Positions 43,693 to 53,616 of a stretch of 64,000 bases of DNA are shown piece by piece (the first letter of the stretch is position 1; every line of letters begins with the position of its first letter). This stretch comes from Candidatus Multivoradales bacterium (GTDB lineage: Bacteria > Acidobacteriota > Thermoanaerobaculia > Multivoradales > J023): NCBI GenBank assembly GCA_965248925.1, contig CBDFLE010000006.1, positions 3,552,001 through 3,616,000 on the forward strand, given 5' to 3'. The position numbers were made by a program, and so were the translations under genes. The notes beneath the pieces are model-generated. The model made no database searches, was not told the DNA's origin, and was given only the letters and a program-made list of their open reading frames with translations.

Positions 43693-45249
43693 ATGCATCG
43701 AGCCGAGCCCCAGAGTTCCCCCGACGACCGTTCGCCAAGGCCGGTGGTGGTTGGGGTCTTGATCAGCATGGGTCTGCTGATCCTGGCTCCACCGCTCTAC
43801 CAGCTGTTGACTGACCTGGCGCTGGGTGCGCGGCCGGTGCTTGCCGATCTGGGTAGCGCTGCCCCCAAGAGTGCGCGTCTGCGGCAACTCGAAAGGCGTT
43901 TGCAGAAGCACTCCGCAATCGAAGGTTGGCTGCGACCGCGCTGGGCGGCGCTCGGTGACCATTTGCTCGAGCGAGGCAACGATCAAGTGAGCTTTGGTCG
44001 TGGCGATGGGCTTTTTCTGCGCGACAGCCTGCGCTATCTCTGGGCACCAGCCTACGGCTCTCCGCGGGCGGAGCGAGCCCTTGGACCGCCTGCGGGAGAG
44101 GATCCTCTGGCGGTGATTCTCGATTTTCACCGCCAGCTGAAAGAGCGCGATATCGAGCTGCTCTTGCTGCCGGTGCCGACCAAAGCAACGGTGCAACCCG
44201 ATCGTCTAGGGCGGCGCCTGGCTGCCGAGTCGAGACCGCAGAATCCTGGCTTTGGTGCCTTTGTGCAGACTTTGACCGCGGCGGGTGTCGAGGTCTTCGA
44301 TCCTACGGCCAGCCTGCTCGAAGCTCGGCGGCAGCGGACCGGGGTTTTCCTGGTCCGCGATACTCATTGGTCGCCGGAAGGTATGCGACGGGTGGCTGAG
44401 GAACTTGCGGAGCGGACTCGGCAGCAGTCCCTTTGGCACCTGCTCGGCCCGACAGCGGCGGCTTTCGACGAGCGCCATGTGACGGTCGAGGGAGAGGGAG
44501 ATCTGGCCGCCTTGCTCGATTCGGCGGGGTGGCTGGAGAGCCAGCCAATGCGGGTCGACGTTCAGCAAGTGATCGCCCGTCGCGATGGGCGGCCGCCCAT
44601 CGACCGTCGATCGCCGCTGCTCTTGCTGGGCGACAGTTTTACCCAGGTTTATGCCAACGCCGAGCTGGGTTTCGGTATCCGTGGCGGCTTGGGGGAGAGC
44701 CTGGCTGCCGAGCTTGGGCTGCCGATCGATGTGATCGCCATACCCGGAGGTGGCGCCAATCGCGCACGTCAAGCGTTGGCCTTGCGCCGCGCTGGCCTGG
44801 CCGGCAAACGCTTGGTGATTTGGCAGATCAGCCAGCGCGATCTGCTCTTCGCCCGCGAAGGGTGGTCGCGGGTCGAATTGCCACCGGTCGTCGCCTTCTC
44901 GCCGGCCGAACCTACCGCCGAGCGGATGCGGCATAAGGTGCTGGCTTTCGTCGAGCAGATGACTCCGCTGCCGCCGGTGCTGGACTATGCGGAGTGTTTG
45001 ATCAGTGCCGAGTATTGGCTGATCGATGGCTATTTACCGGTGGAAACACAGCGCGTTTTCTACGTTTTCCACCCTGGCTGGAGCGATTTCAAGCCTAGTC
45101 GCTGGGCGCACCTCGCTCCCAGCACGGTGCTGGAGTTGGAATTGGAGCCGTTGGCCGAGCATGTCGATCTTGAGGATTCTTGTTGGATCGACAGGGTTGG
45201 AGTTCGGGGTCGCCCCTGGTGGGTGATCTCGGCGCGGGAGCATCGCTGA
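43693..45249 (+). CDS. AlgJ/AlgX-family SGNH-like O-acetyltransferase with C-terminal extension
   Basis: N-terminal TM, LLLPVPTK, DTHW (D-x-H), LLGDSF (catalytic Ser). Confidence 0.8.
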   Translation: MHRAEPQSSPDDRSPRPVVVGVLISMGLLILAPPLYQLLTDLALGARPVLADLGSAAPKSARLRQLERRLQKHSAIEGWLRPRWAALGDHLLERGNDQVSFGRGDGLFLRDSLRYLWAPAYGSPRAERALGPPAGEDPLAVILDFHRQLKERDIELLLLPVPTKATVQPDRLGRRLAAESRPQNPGFGAFVQTLTAAGVEVFDPTASLLEARRQRTGVFLVRDTHWSPEGMRRVAEELAERTRQQSLWHLLGPTAAAFDERHVTVEGEGDLAALLDSAGWLESQPMRVDVQQVIARRDGRPPIDRRSPLLLLGDSFTQVYANAELGFGIRGGLGESLAAELGLPIDVIAIPGGGANRARQALALRRAGLAGKRLVIWQISQRDLLFAREGWSRVELPPVVAFSPAEPTAERMRHKVLAFVEQMTPLPPVLDYAECLISAEYWLIDGYLPVETQRVFYVFHPGWSDFKPSRWAHLAPSTVLELELEPLAEHVDLEDSCWIDRVGVRGRPWWVISAREHR

Positions 45250-46388
45250 TGAAGGGTCGCAGCGGAGTTCTCACCCTGGTCGGCTTGGCCTGGTTGCTGG
45301 GGCTGGGGGGTTGTCGACCGTCACCGGCGGGAGATCCCGAGGCGACCACGGCGAGCCAGAGAATCGCCCGGTTGCGAGCCGAGACTGCCAGTGCGATGGA
45401 GTTGCTGGCTGACCCCCCGCCGTGGCTTGCCGCCTTGCCAGAACTCGACAATCGTGATCGGCCGAGTCCCTCCGGTTTTCTCGCCCGGGCTTCTTCCGAG
45501 CGGGTGATCTGGGACGGTGAGTTGGTCGATCGGGTGATCGAGCCACTGCCCGAGGATCGCCAAGAGTGGCGCGGGCCGCTGGCCACTCTGGTTGCTTTTG
45601 CCGACGATTTGCGGCGGCTGAAGATTGACCTGCTGGTGGTGCCGATTCCGCCACGGGCGGCGGTGCTGTCACAAGAGCTACTCGGCGAGGCGGCCGAGCA
45701 ACGACTGTACGACGGGCATTTTCGCCGTTTCTTGCTAGCTCTGGAGGAGCAAGGGGTCGAGGTGGTGGATTTGCTGCCGGGGCTCCGGCGCCAGCCTCAC
45801 CGCGAATTTACCGGTGAGCTGCCAGCGGACATTGCGACTTTTCGCGAATCGGTTTTTCGCCGCCAGGACAGCCATTGGACGACCTATGGCAGTGGCCAGG
45901 CGGCAGTCGCCATTGCCCAGCGTGTTCGCCGTTTTGCTTGGTTTGCCGGGGTGGCCCAGGTGCAAGGTCGGGCGCGGTTGGTCAGTGAGGTGGAATGGAA
46001 ACGGCGACTGGGACCGATCGCCCGTCGCTTGCAAGCAGCGTCGCGGCCACCTGCCGAGATCGAGCCCGAACTGTATTTGCGGCGGCGAGTGCGAATCGTT
46101 GGCGAGCGCTGGAGTTTTGAGCATCGGCAGTCGCCGGTGCTGCTGATCGGCGACAGTTTTGTGCAACCTCAACACGGCTTGGCCGACCACCTGCTCGAAG
46201 AGCTTGGCTTCAGGGTCGATCGGATTGGGGTTAGTGGTGAGATCCCATCGGGCGCGCTCACCGCTCTGGCCTACCGCGGCGACCGGCTGCGCGGCAAGCG
46301 CCTGGTGATCTGGGTCTTTGCCAGCTACTCGCTAAATCGCTGGCAGCAGTGGCGGCCGGTGCCAATGAGCGGCGCAGAAGGCGAGTAA
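45249..46388 (+). CDS. Second AlgJ/AlgX-family SGNH-like protein, predicted lipoprotein
   Basis: LGG-C lipobox, LLVVPIPP, DSHW, LIGDSF; TGATG coupling. Confidence 0.75.
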   Translation: MKGRSGVLTLVGLAWLLGLGGCRPSPAGDPEATTASQRIARLRAETASAMELLADPPPWLAALPELDNRDRPSPSGFLARASSERVIWDGELVDRVIEPLPEDRQEWRGPLATLVAFADDLRRLKIDLLVVPIPPRAAVLSQELLGEAAEQRLYDGHFRRFLLALEEQGVEVVDLLPGLRRQPHREFTGELPADIATFRESVFRRQDSHWTTYGSGQAAVAIAQRVRRFAWFAGVAQVQGRARLVSEVEWKRRLGPIARRLQAASRPPAEIEPELYLRRRVRIVGERWSFEHRQSPVLLIGDSFVQPQHGLADHLLEELGFRVDRIGVSGEIPSGALTALAYRGDRLRGKRLVIWVFASYSLNRWQQWRPVPMSGAEGE

Positions 46389-46398
46389 TCCCGGCCGG

Positions 46399-47775
46399 CT
46401 ACACCACCCCGTAAGCCAGCATGGCATCGGCAACTTTCACGAAGCCGGCGACATTGGCGCCGCGCACGTAGTTGACGTAGTTGTCAGCGCCGTTGCCGTG
46501 CTCGACGCAGCGGCGATGGATATTGGCCATGATTTCCTGCAAGCGCTGATCGACCTCTTCTCGGGTCCAGGAGATGCGCAGCGCGTTCTGACTTTGTTCT
46601 AGCCCGGACACTGCCACCCCGCCGGCGTTGGCTGCTTTGCCGGGACCGAACAGCACTTTGGCTTCGAGGAAGGCATGCACGGCGTGCAAGTCGCAGGGCA
46701 TGTTGGCGCCTTCGGCCACTGCCTTTACACCGTTGGCGATCAATTTGCGGGCATCGTCAAGATTGAGTTCGTTTTGGGTTGCGGAGGGGAATGCGAGGTC
46801 CACTGGGATACCCCATGGCCGCTGATTCTTGAGGTACCGGGCGCTGGCGAAGCGGCGGGCGTACTTGCTGATGCGCCCACGGCGCACCTCTTTGAGATTC
46901 TTCAACCAAGCCAACTTATCCTCGTCGATACCCTCGGCATCGTAAATCGTGCCCGAGGAGTCCGAGGCGGTCACTACCTTGGCGCCGAGCTGGATAAGCC
47001 GCTCGATGGTGTAGAGCGCTACGTTGCCGGAGCCGGACACCGCACAGATCTTGCCCTCTAAGTCCTCGCCGGCGTGCTCGAGCATGTTTTGCATGAAGTA
47101 GACCGTGCCGTAGCCGGTAGCTTCGGTTCGCACCAGGCTGCCGCCGAAGCTCAATCCCTTGCCGGTGAGGATGCCGGCAAAGCGGTTCTGCATCCGCTTG
47201 TACTGGCCGAACATGTAGCTGATCTCGCGCCCGCCGACGCCAATGTCGCCCGCCGGAACATCGGTGTCTTCGCCGATGTGGCGGTGCAGCTCGATCATCA
47301 GCGAATGGCAGAAGCGCATCACTTCGCGGTCGCTTTTTCCCTTGGGATTGAAGTTCGAGCCTCCCTTGCCGCCGCCCAGGGGCAGCCCGGTGAGGCTGTT
47401 CTTGAACACCTGCTCGAAGCCGAGAAACTTGAGCACGCTGAGATCGACTGAGGGGTGGAAGCGCATCCCGCCCTTGTAGGGGCCGATAGAATTGTTGAAT
47501 TGTACTCGCCAGGCGCGATTGGCGCGGATATTACCTTTGTCGTCTTCCCAGGTGACTCTGAAGATAATGATCCGATCGGGCTCGGTCATCCGTTCGAGGA
47601 TCTGGGCCTCGCGATACTGCGGATGCTCGATGACGAACGGCATCAAGCTCTCGACCACCTCGCGCACCGCTTGATGAAACTCATGCTCGCCCGGATTGCG
47701 CCGCACCAGCCCGAGCATGAACTTCCGTACCTCGGTCTTCGGGTTCGCCTTCGCCGCTTTTGCCGCCTGCGTCAT
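46399..47775 (-). CDS. gdhA: Glutamate dehydrogenase (GdhA, NADP-type)
   Basis: EFHQAV, GPYKGGMRFH, GGGKGGS, DVPAGDIGVG, TEATGYG, GSGNVA, AEGANMP, KAANAGGV. Confidence 0.96.
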   Translation of the reverse strand: MTQAAKAAKANPKTEVRKFMLGLVRRNPGEHEFHQAVREVVESLMPFVIEHPQYREAQILERMTEPDRIIIFRVTWEDDKGNIRANRAWRVQFNNSIGPYKGGMRFHPSVDLSVLKFLGFEQVFKNSLTGLPLGGGKGGSNFNPKGKSDREVMRFCHSLMIELHRHIGEDTDVPAGDIGVGGREISYMFGQYKRMQNRFAGILTGKGLSFGGSLVRTEATGYGTVYFMQNMLEHAGEDLEGKICAVSGSGNVALYTIERLIQLGAKVVTASDSSGTIYDAEGIDEDKLAWLKNLKEVRRGRISKYARRFASARYLKNQRPWGIPVDLAFPSATQNELNLDDARKLIANGVKAVAEGANMPCDLHAVHAFLEAKVLFGPGKAANAGGVAVSGLEQSQNALRISWTREEVDQRLQEIMANIHRRCVEHGNGADNYVNYVRGANVAGFVKVADAMLAYGVV

Positions 47776-47911
47776 GCCGATACCTCCTGACCGTGTCGGG
47801 AATCCCGACCGACCAGCTATAGAAGGTTCTTCGAGGGGTCGTGTCCAGCGAGGGATGGTAACCGTTTTTGCCCAAATTTGGCAGCTCTTGAGCAGAAATT
47901 GCTGTCCTTGC

Positions 47912-48316
47912 TTAGACCGCGGAGGTGGTATAGAGCCGCAGCATGGTCTCGAAATGCCGCTGGCGAGTTCGCAAGCGCTCTTCTTTCTCGGTCTTCTCCA
48001 ACCATGCTTGCTGTATCGATGCCTCGAATGCGTGGCGGCGAGTGCGCCGTAGGTCTTCGAGTAATTCTTCGCTCAGAATTTTTTTTTCTGGCAACAGCCA
48101 GCTCTCGGAGCGCCTGGCGGCAACCATTTCGCTGGCTTGCTGGCGCAGTGTCCGCCGGCGTACCCACTGATTGTCGTCTTCAAGCAGCTGGCTCCACTTG
48201 CCGTGGCGCATTACTTCGAGCATTTCGGGCAGGTTCTCACCGAGGACTTCCTCGATCAGCCGCTGGGCCATCAGATCTTCGGTGAGCAGGGCCACCAGGC
48301 GCAGAGCGTTTTTCAT
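47912..48316 (-). CDS. Hypothetical helical/coiled-coil protein
   Basis: GGGAGA RBS before ATG 48316; charged helical composition; no motif recognised. Confidence 0.5.
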   Translation of the reverse strand: MKNALRLVALLTEDLMAQRLIEEVLGENLPEMLEVMRHGKWSQLLEDDNQWVRRRTLRQQASEMVAARRSESWLLPEKKILSEELLEDLRRTRRHAFEASIQQAWLEKTEKEERLRTRQRHFETMLRLYTTSAV

Positions 48317-48569
48317 CGATCTCCCAACGGTGACAGCCGGCGGCATTCGCTGACGTCAATTGGAGTATTCATGTTATGCCTTAGATTACACTAGCCAACT
48401 GTGCACCAGATCTCACCACGGCTGGAAAACTTGCCCGCTGCTAGCCGCGTACCAGGTAGAAGCTGATAGAAAGGTCACGAACCACTGGTTACCGGCTCCC
48501 GGTGTCGCCCTCCTACTAGGAGCAGTGCGGAGGTGAGCGGTCGCCGGCTTGCAAGGAGGTAGATTCGCT

Positions 48570-49841
48570 ATGAGTAAACCACCCGTCGCCAAGGTTGCTG
48601 GCCGTAAGCTAGCTCTGGCCCTGCTGTTGATCTCTGTCGCCCTGGTGGCGACGCTGGCTGCCGAGCCGGCGTCGCGGTGGGCGCAATGGGGCGGCCCGAA
48701 CCGCGATTTCCAGGCTCCCGCTGCCGGGTTGGCCGCGAGCTGGCCGGAGGATGGCCCCAAGAAGCTGTGGAGCCGCGATTTGGGGGATGGCTATTCGACC
48801 GTCTTGGTCGATGGCGAACGTCTCTACACCATGTACCGCGCCGCGGACAAAGAGGCGGTGATTGCCCTCGAGCGCAAGACCGGAAAGACCATCTGGGAGC
48901 AGCGCTACGACTCGGCGCCGCGCGATGGGCATATCAGTCAATTCGGCGACGGGCCGCGGGCAACGCCGCTGCTCAGCGGTGATCGGCTCTACACCATCGG
49001 TGTCTCCGGCATGATGCACAGCCTGAAGACCGCGGACGGCTCCGTGGTGTGGTCGCACGATCTGTGGGGCGAGGGCTTTGACGGCAGTTTCCTCAACCAC
49101 GGCTATTCGTCGAGCCCGGTGGAGTATGGCGATACGGTCATCGCGCTGGTAGGTGGCGAGGGCGCGAGCCTGGTGGCTTTCGCCAAGCAAGACGGCAAGG
49201 TGGTGTGGAAGAGCCAGAGTTTCAAGAACAGCTATTCAGCACCACAGATTCTGCATGCCGCCGGCCGTGATCAGCTGATCACCTACATGGCCGAGGAGCT
49301 GGTCGGCATCGATCCCGCGACCGGTGAGCTGCTGTGGCGCTACGAGATTGCCAATCAGTGGAAACAGAACATCAGCATGCCGGTGCTGGTCGAGGGGCGC
49401 TATCTCTTCCTGACCTCCATTCAGGCTGGTGCTCGGGGTCTCGAGTTGGTCGCGAAAGACGGCAAGATTGAAGTGCTAGAGCATTGGTCGACGCGTAAGA
49501 TCCAGTTGCATCATTCGAACGTGGTTCGTCAGGGTGATTGGGTCTATGGCACCACCGGCGGCGGTGGGGTCTACTTCATGGCGGCGGTCAATGCCAGGAC
49601 CGGCGAGATCGGCTGGCGAAAACGGGGCTTTGCTAAAGCCAACTGCATTGGCGCCGACGGCAAGCTGCTGATTCTCGATGAGAATGGCAAACTTTATCTG
49701 GCCACCGCGACGCCAGAAGACTTGGTGATTCATGCTGAGGCGCAGATTCTGGAGAAAGCCGCCTGGACGGCTCCCACCATTGTTGGTAACACGATGTATG
49801 TGCGCGATCTGAAGACCATCGCGGCCCTCGATCTAAGCTAG
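48570..49841 (+). CDS. Secreted PQQ-like/BamB-like beta-propeller protein
   Basis: AAGGAGG RBS, signal peptide, W.QWGGPNR, repeated A....TG...W blades, GPRATP. Confidence 0.85.
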   Translation: MSKPPVAKVAGRKLALALLLISVALVATLAAEPASRWAQWGGPNRDFQAPAAGLAASWPEDGPKKLWSRDLGDGYSTVLVDGERLYTMYRAADKEAVIALERKTGKTIWEQRYDSAPRDGHISQFGDGPRATPLLSGDRLYTIGVSGMMHSLKTADGSVVWSHDLWGEGFDGSFLNHGYSSSPVEYGDTVIALVGGEGASLVAFAKQDGKVVWKSQSFKNSYSAPQILHAAGRDQLITYMAEELVGIDPATGELLWRYEIANQWKQNISMPVLVEGRYLFLTSIQAGARGLELVAKDGKIEVLEHWSTRKIQLHHSNVVRQGDWVYGTTGGGGVYFMAAVNARTGEIGWRKRGFAKANCIGADGKLLILDENGKLYLATATPEDLVIHAEAQILEKAAWTAPTIVGNTMYVRDLKTIAALDLS

Positions 49842-49861
49842 CTGGCAAGGAGGAAGAATCG

Positions 49862-50650
49862 ATGATGAAGAAAGCAATCACGGTTGTCGCGATGCTTGGT
49901 TGTCTGCTGGCCCTGCCTGGCCGAGGCGAGGAGCCGGCTGCTGCTGCGCCAGTCGAGGACACTCGGGCGGCGGCGCTCGAGGTCCTGGAGAAGGCCGGAG
50001 CAGCTGCCGCCAAGGTGCGTTCGGTGCGCTTCAAGGCATTCACCAAACCCACCGGTATCGTCAACAGTTTCGTCGGCTCGGCAGCGGGCGAGGGCTACAT
50101 GGAAGGTTGGGATGCTGCGACCCAGCGGCCGCAGAAGTTTTGGGTCCATGTCCAGGCCAGTCCTCCCGGAAAGGAAGAGACCTCAGAGCTGACCGGCGGT
50201 GGTGACGGGGAGACCTACTTCCTGATCGACCATAAGAACAAGAAAGCTTATGAGGATCTGGATCCAGGAGTTCTCGGTACGGGTGGCCAGACCTTGCAGA
50301 CGATCGGCTTGGTGCAGTTCGTTCACCCCGACCCATACCAGCGCGAACTCGAGGGCAAGAGCCTCGAACTGTTGGGAACCGAGAAGGTGAGTGGTGTCGA
50401 GTGCTACCTGGTCAAGGTTGCCTACGCTGGCGGAGGTCCGGGTGGAGCGGAAGTTGGCTCGATCTGGAGCTTTTCGACCGAGGACTATCTGCCCCGCCGG
50501 CGGGTGCGGCAGTTCGCCGTGCCGCAGCAGGGCGTGGGAGAGCTGGAGATCGTCCTCACCGATCTAGAGATCGATGCCGAGGTCACAGCTGATCTGTTCA
50601 AGCTCAAGTTGCCCGAGGGTTACGAGCAGATCGACGACTTCGCTCCCTGA
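49862..50650 (+). CDS. Secreted hypothetical protein, possibly LolA/DUF2092-like fold
   Basis: Signal peptide; GTEKVSGVECY..., C-terminal DLFKLKLPEG resembles LolA-superfamily termini. Confidence 0.55.
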   Translation: MMKKAITVVAMLGCLLALPGRGEEPAAAAPVEDTRAAALEVLEKAGAAAAKVRSVRFKAFTKPTGIVNSFVGSAAGEGYMEGWDAATQRPQKFWVHVQASPPGKEETSELTGGGDGETYFLIDHKNKKAYEDLDPGVLGTGGQTLQTIGLVQFVHPDPYQRELEGKSLELLGTEKVSGVECYLVKVAYAGGGPGGAEVGSIWSFSTEDYLPRRRVRQFAVPQQGVGELEIVLTDLEIDAEVTADLFKLKLPEGYEQIDDFAP

Positions 50651-50715
50651 GCGGAGCTTTTGCTCTCTGTCTGTGCGCCGATCTACGAATGGGTGCCTGC
50701 CAGCCAAAGACCGTG

Positions 50716-53004
50716 CTAGGCACTCTCTTTGGCTGGTAGTAGATCCGCTTTCTTGGCGTTGCGGAAGCGATGGAGAGTCGAGATCCCGCCACCGATGAGA
50801 ATCACGTAGAGTCCGTACCAGACCAGCCGGATCAGCGGCTTGCGGGTCAGGTCCAACGAAAGCTTGGCTGCCTCTGCCGGCTTGGAATCCAGCCCAGCAA
50901 GATCCAGTTGCACCTTGCCGTTGGCCGGTCGAATACCGGTCATGGCGATCATCCCGCCCCCTGGCAGGCCGACCGATGGAGTGACCACTCGGCCACCACT
51001 TAGGAAGTTGTAGGCGGTTTGTAGCGGTGTTGCCACGCCATCGCGGATGATCTCCAAGTTAGCGGTCAAGGTCATCGGGCCGCCGCGGTTGAGGGCCGGC
51101 ATCTGGCGCCGGATCTCGGCCATGTCGAGACCCAGGAAATGCACCTCGATGTCGCCAACTTGGGCGCTCTCGCCGCCGGCTAACACCAGCCGGCGCTCGA
51201 CCCCTGGCGGTTGCGCCGGTTCGTATTGGATCGGCGAGAAGTAGAGGTCTTGTAGCAGTTCTCTGCGGATGTCCGGGTTGGGCATCAACTGCCGGGTGCG
51301 ATCGTTGATGAACAGTTTTGGATAGGCCAGGAAGGTCTTACCATCAGCCGTCGCCACCTGCACCTCCATGCTCTCCTTCTGCCGCCCTTGACGGGGGACA
51401 AAGCGGTTGAAGGTCAGGGTCAGGCCGTCGACCAACTGCGGCACTCCCTGCACCAAGGTGACCTTAGTGCTGCGGTCATAGGCCGAAGAGGCCAGCACGC
51501 CGATCAACATGATGCCGACGCCGACATGCGATAGATAGCCGCCGGCTCGACCCAAGCCACCGCTCCGGGACAGTTCGAGGGTCTTGTGCAGGTTGGCGAA
51601 CAAAGCGCAAGCGGCGAGCAACACCAGCAGGATATGAAAAGGCTCGTGCACTCCCAGCCCGACCGCCAGAATGGCGATCAGCACGCCACCAACCGTCGCT
51701 GGTACTAGTTTGCGGGCCAGCTGCCGCGGCTCAGTACCCTTCCAAGTCAGGAACGGCACTGCGGCCATCAGCAGGGCGACCAGGATGGTTAACGGCGAGT
51801 TCACCCGATTGTAGAACTCCGGCCCCACTTGCGCTTGGTTGTCCATCATGCCGGCGGAGATCAGCAGCTTGGTGATCAGCGGTCCCGAGGTCCCAAGGGT
51901 AATCACGATCGCTGAGAGCAGCACCGTGGAGGTACCCAGCACGAGAAAGAAACCGCGCGACAAGAAGGTGTCGCTATTGGGCTGGGTGGCGACCTTGGGC
52001 AAGCGGAAGATCAGTAGCCCCAGCGACAGCAGGCCATAGAAAAGTAGGATCGCCAGCAGCCAGCGCGACAGCCCGAGGTCGACGAAGCTATGCACCGAGA
52101 AATCAGCCAGAACGCCCGAGCGGGTCAGGAAGGTGCCATACAGTACCGACATGTAGAGCAGACAGGCCAGCACCAGATTGGCGCGGCGAAAGCGCCCGCG
52201 AGTGCGTTCCAAGTAGAGGCCGTGGATTAGCACTATGCCGATCAGCCAGGGAATCAGCGAGGCGTTCTCGACCGGATCCCAGCCCCAATAACCGCCCCAG
52301 CCGAGGGTGCGGTAGGCCCAATAGCCGCCCATCAGGATGGCTGTGCCGAGCACCATGAAGCCACCCAGGGCCCAAGGAAATGCGCGGGCCGCCCAGCGCC
52401 GGGTGTCGCCGCGCAGCATGGCGCCGACCGCGAACGAGAATGGAATCGCCCCCGCCGCATAGCCGATGAACATCACCGGAGGGTGGATCACCATCCAATC
52501 GTCTTGCAGCAGCGGATTGAGTCCTTCGCCGTCGACCGGGGTGTGGTCGAGCATCACGAAAGGGTTCTCGCGCACCAAGATGAAGAGCAGGCCGAAAACG
52601 GTCAGGGTGTAGACGAACATCACCGACGCTTCGTCTTTGCCGCAGGTGCGCCGGACCAGCAAGCCGATCAGCGAAGCCCACAGCAGCCAGATCATGAAGC
52701 TGCCTTTCTGGCCGGCCCAGAAAGCGGCGAATTGGAAGCGCTCGGAGAGGTCGAGGCCCGAGTACTGGAAGACGTACTCAATGCGGAAATCGCGCCGCAC
52801 CAGGCAGATCCCTAGAATGACCGCGGACAACACAATCGACAGGGCGTAGAAACTGTAGGCGCGCTGGGCGAAACGCAGGGTGGCGGCGTCACCTCCAGAG
52901 CGCATTGCCTGGCTGTAACCCCACAGAGCGGCGACGGCAAAGAACAGCGCGCACCAGATCGGCACCGCGCCAGGCAGATACAGAGTGGAGATTTGCGACA
53001 GCAT
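50716..53004 (-). CDS. ccmF: Cytochrome c synthetase CcmF
   Basis: WAGQKGS, GLNPLLQ, HPP, WAYRTLGWGGYWGWDPVEN, TRSG, SVHSF; start ATG 53004. Confidence 0.93.
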   Translation of the reverse strand: MLSQISTLYLPGAVPIWCALFFAVAALWGYSQAMRSGGDAATLRFAQRAYSFYALSIVLSAVILGICLVRRDFRIEYVFQYSGLDLSERFQFAAFWAGQKGSFMIWLLWASLIGLLVRRTCGKDEASVMFVYTLTVFGLLFILVRENPFVMLDHTPVDGEGLNPLLQDDWMVIHPPVMFIGYAAGAIPFSFAVGAMLRGDTRRWAARAFPWALGGFMVLGTAILMGGYWAYRTLGWGGYWGWDPVENASLIPWLIGIVLIHGLYLERTRGRFRRANLVLACLLYMSVLYGTFLTRSGVLADFSVHSFVDLGLSRWLLAILLFYGLLSLGLLIFRLPKVATQPNSDTFLSRGFFLVLGTSTVLLSAIVITLGTSGPLITKLLISAGMMDNQAQVGPEFYNRVNSPLTILVALLMAAVPFLTWKGTEPRQLARKLVPATVGGVLIAILAVGLGVHEPFHILLVLLAACALFANLHKTLELSRSGGLGRAGGYLSHVGVGIMLIGVLASSAYDRSTKVTLVQGVPQLVDGLTLTFNRFVPRQGRQKESMEVQVATADGKTFLAYPKLFINDRTRQLMPNPDIRRELLQDLYFSPIQYEPAQPPGVERRLVLAGGESAQVGDIEVHFLGLDMAEIRRQMPALNRGGPMTLTANLEIIRDGVATPLQTAYNFLSGGRVVTPSVGLPGGGMIAMTGIRPANGKVQLDLAGLDSKPAEAAKLSLDLTRKPLIRLVWYGLYVILIGGGISTLHRFRNAKKADLLPAKESA

Positions 53005-53017
53005 GGCCGGACGCGGC

Positions 53018-53434
53018 TTAGCCGTATTCCTTCGCCTCGTAGTCGCCCTTGCTCGACTCCAGGCCCTGGTATTTGCTCGGACACTTGACCAGCAACTTGT
53101 CGGCCGCGAAGATCTCGGTTGCTGGGTCGTAGCTGCCGATGGCAACAATGCTTATCGCGTCTTCAAAGTTGGCTGGCTTGACCCCCTGGTAACGCACCGG
53201 CATGGTGCTCTGGTCTTTCTCGTCGACCAGGGTGAAGAGCAGGCTGTGGCTGGACTCGTCGTAGCCCGAGCTGTCTTTGTCCAGGCCGCCGGCCACTTGC
53301 ACGCTGCGACCGCTAGCGCGGGCGTCGGCGTAGGAGACGTAGGGAGTCAACGACTCTTGGAAGGCTGAAAGAGCGAAGCCGCCAAAGGCCAGCAGTAACG
53401 CGGCTCCGAGGAAATAAGTAGCTTTCTTGCTCAT
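53018..53434 (-). CDS. ccmE: Heme chaperone CcmE, CxxxY variant
   Basis: N-terminal TM, V.Y.G..P.NF, LLVKCPSKY; start ATG 53434. Confidence 0.9.
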   Translation of the reverse strand: MSKKATYFLGAALLLAFGGFALSAFQESLTPYVSYADARASGRSVQVAGGLDKDSSGYDESSHSLLFTLVDEKDQSTMPVRYQGVKPANFEDAISIVAIGSYDPATEIFAADKLLVKCPSKYQGLESSKGDYEAKEYG

Positions 53435-53547
53435 TGCTCTTCTTCCCTCCGGCTGATTTGCCGGTCGAGTTTCAACAGGTAGAGGAACAACCCGGCCCAA
53501 ATGATCAGGTTGACCGCCGCCAACCAAAGTACGCCACCATCGTTCAT
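53431..53547 (-). CDS. ccmD: CcmD small membrane protein (38 aa)
   Basis: Manual translation MNDGGVLWLAAVNLIIWAGLFLYLLKLDRQISRREEEQ; lies between ccmC and ccmE with ATGA overlap into ccmE. Confidence 0.8.
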   Translation of the reverse strand: MNDGGVLWLAAVNLIIWAGLFLYLLKLDRQISRREEEQ

Positions 53548-53616
53548 TGCCTCGTCTCCTCTTCCAGCCGTAGGTTCTTGTCCCGAGGCAGCAGTAGAAT
53601 CTGGGGATTCAAATCC

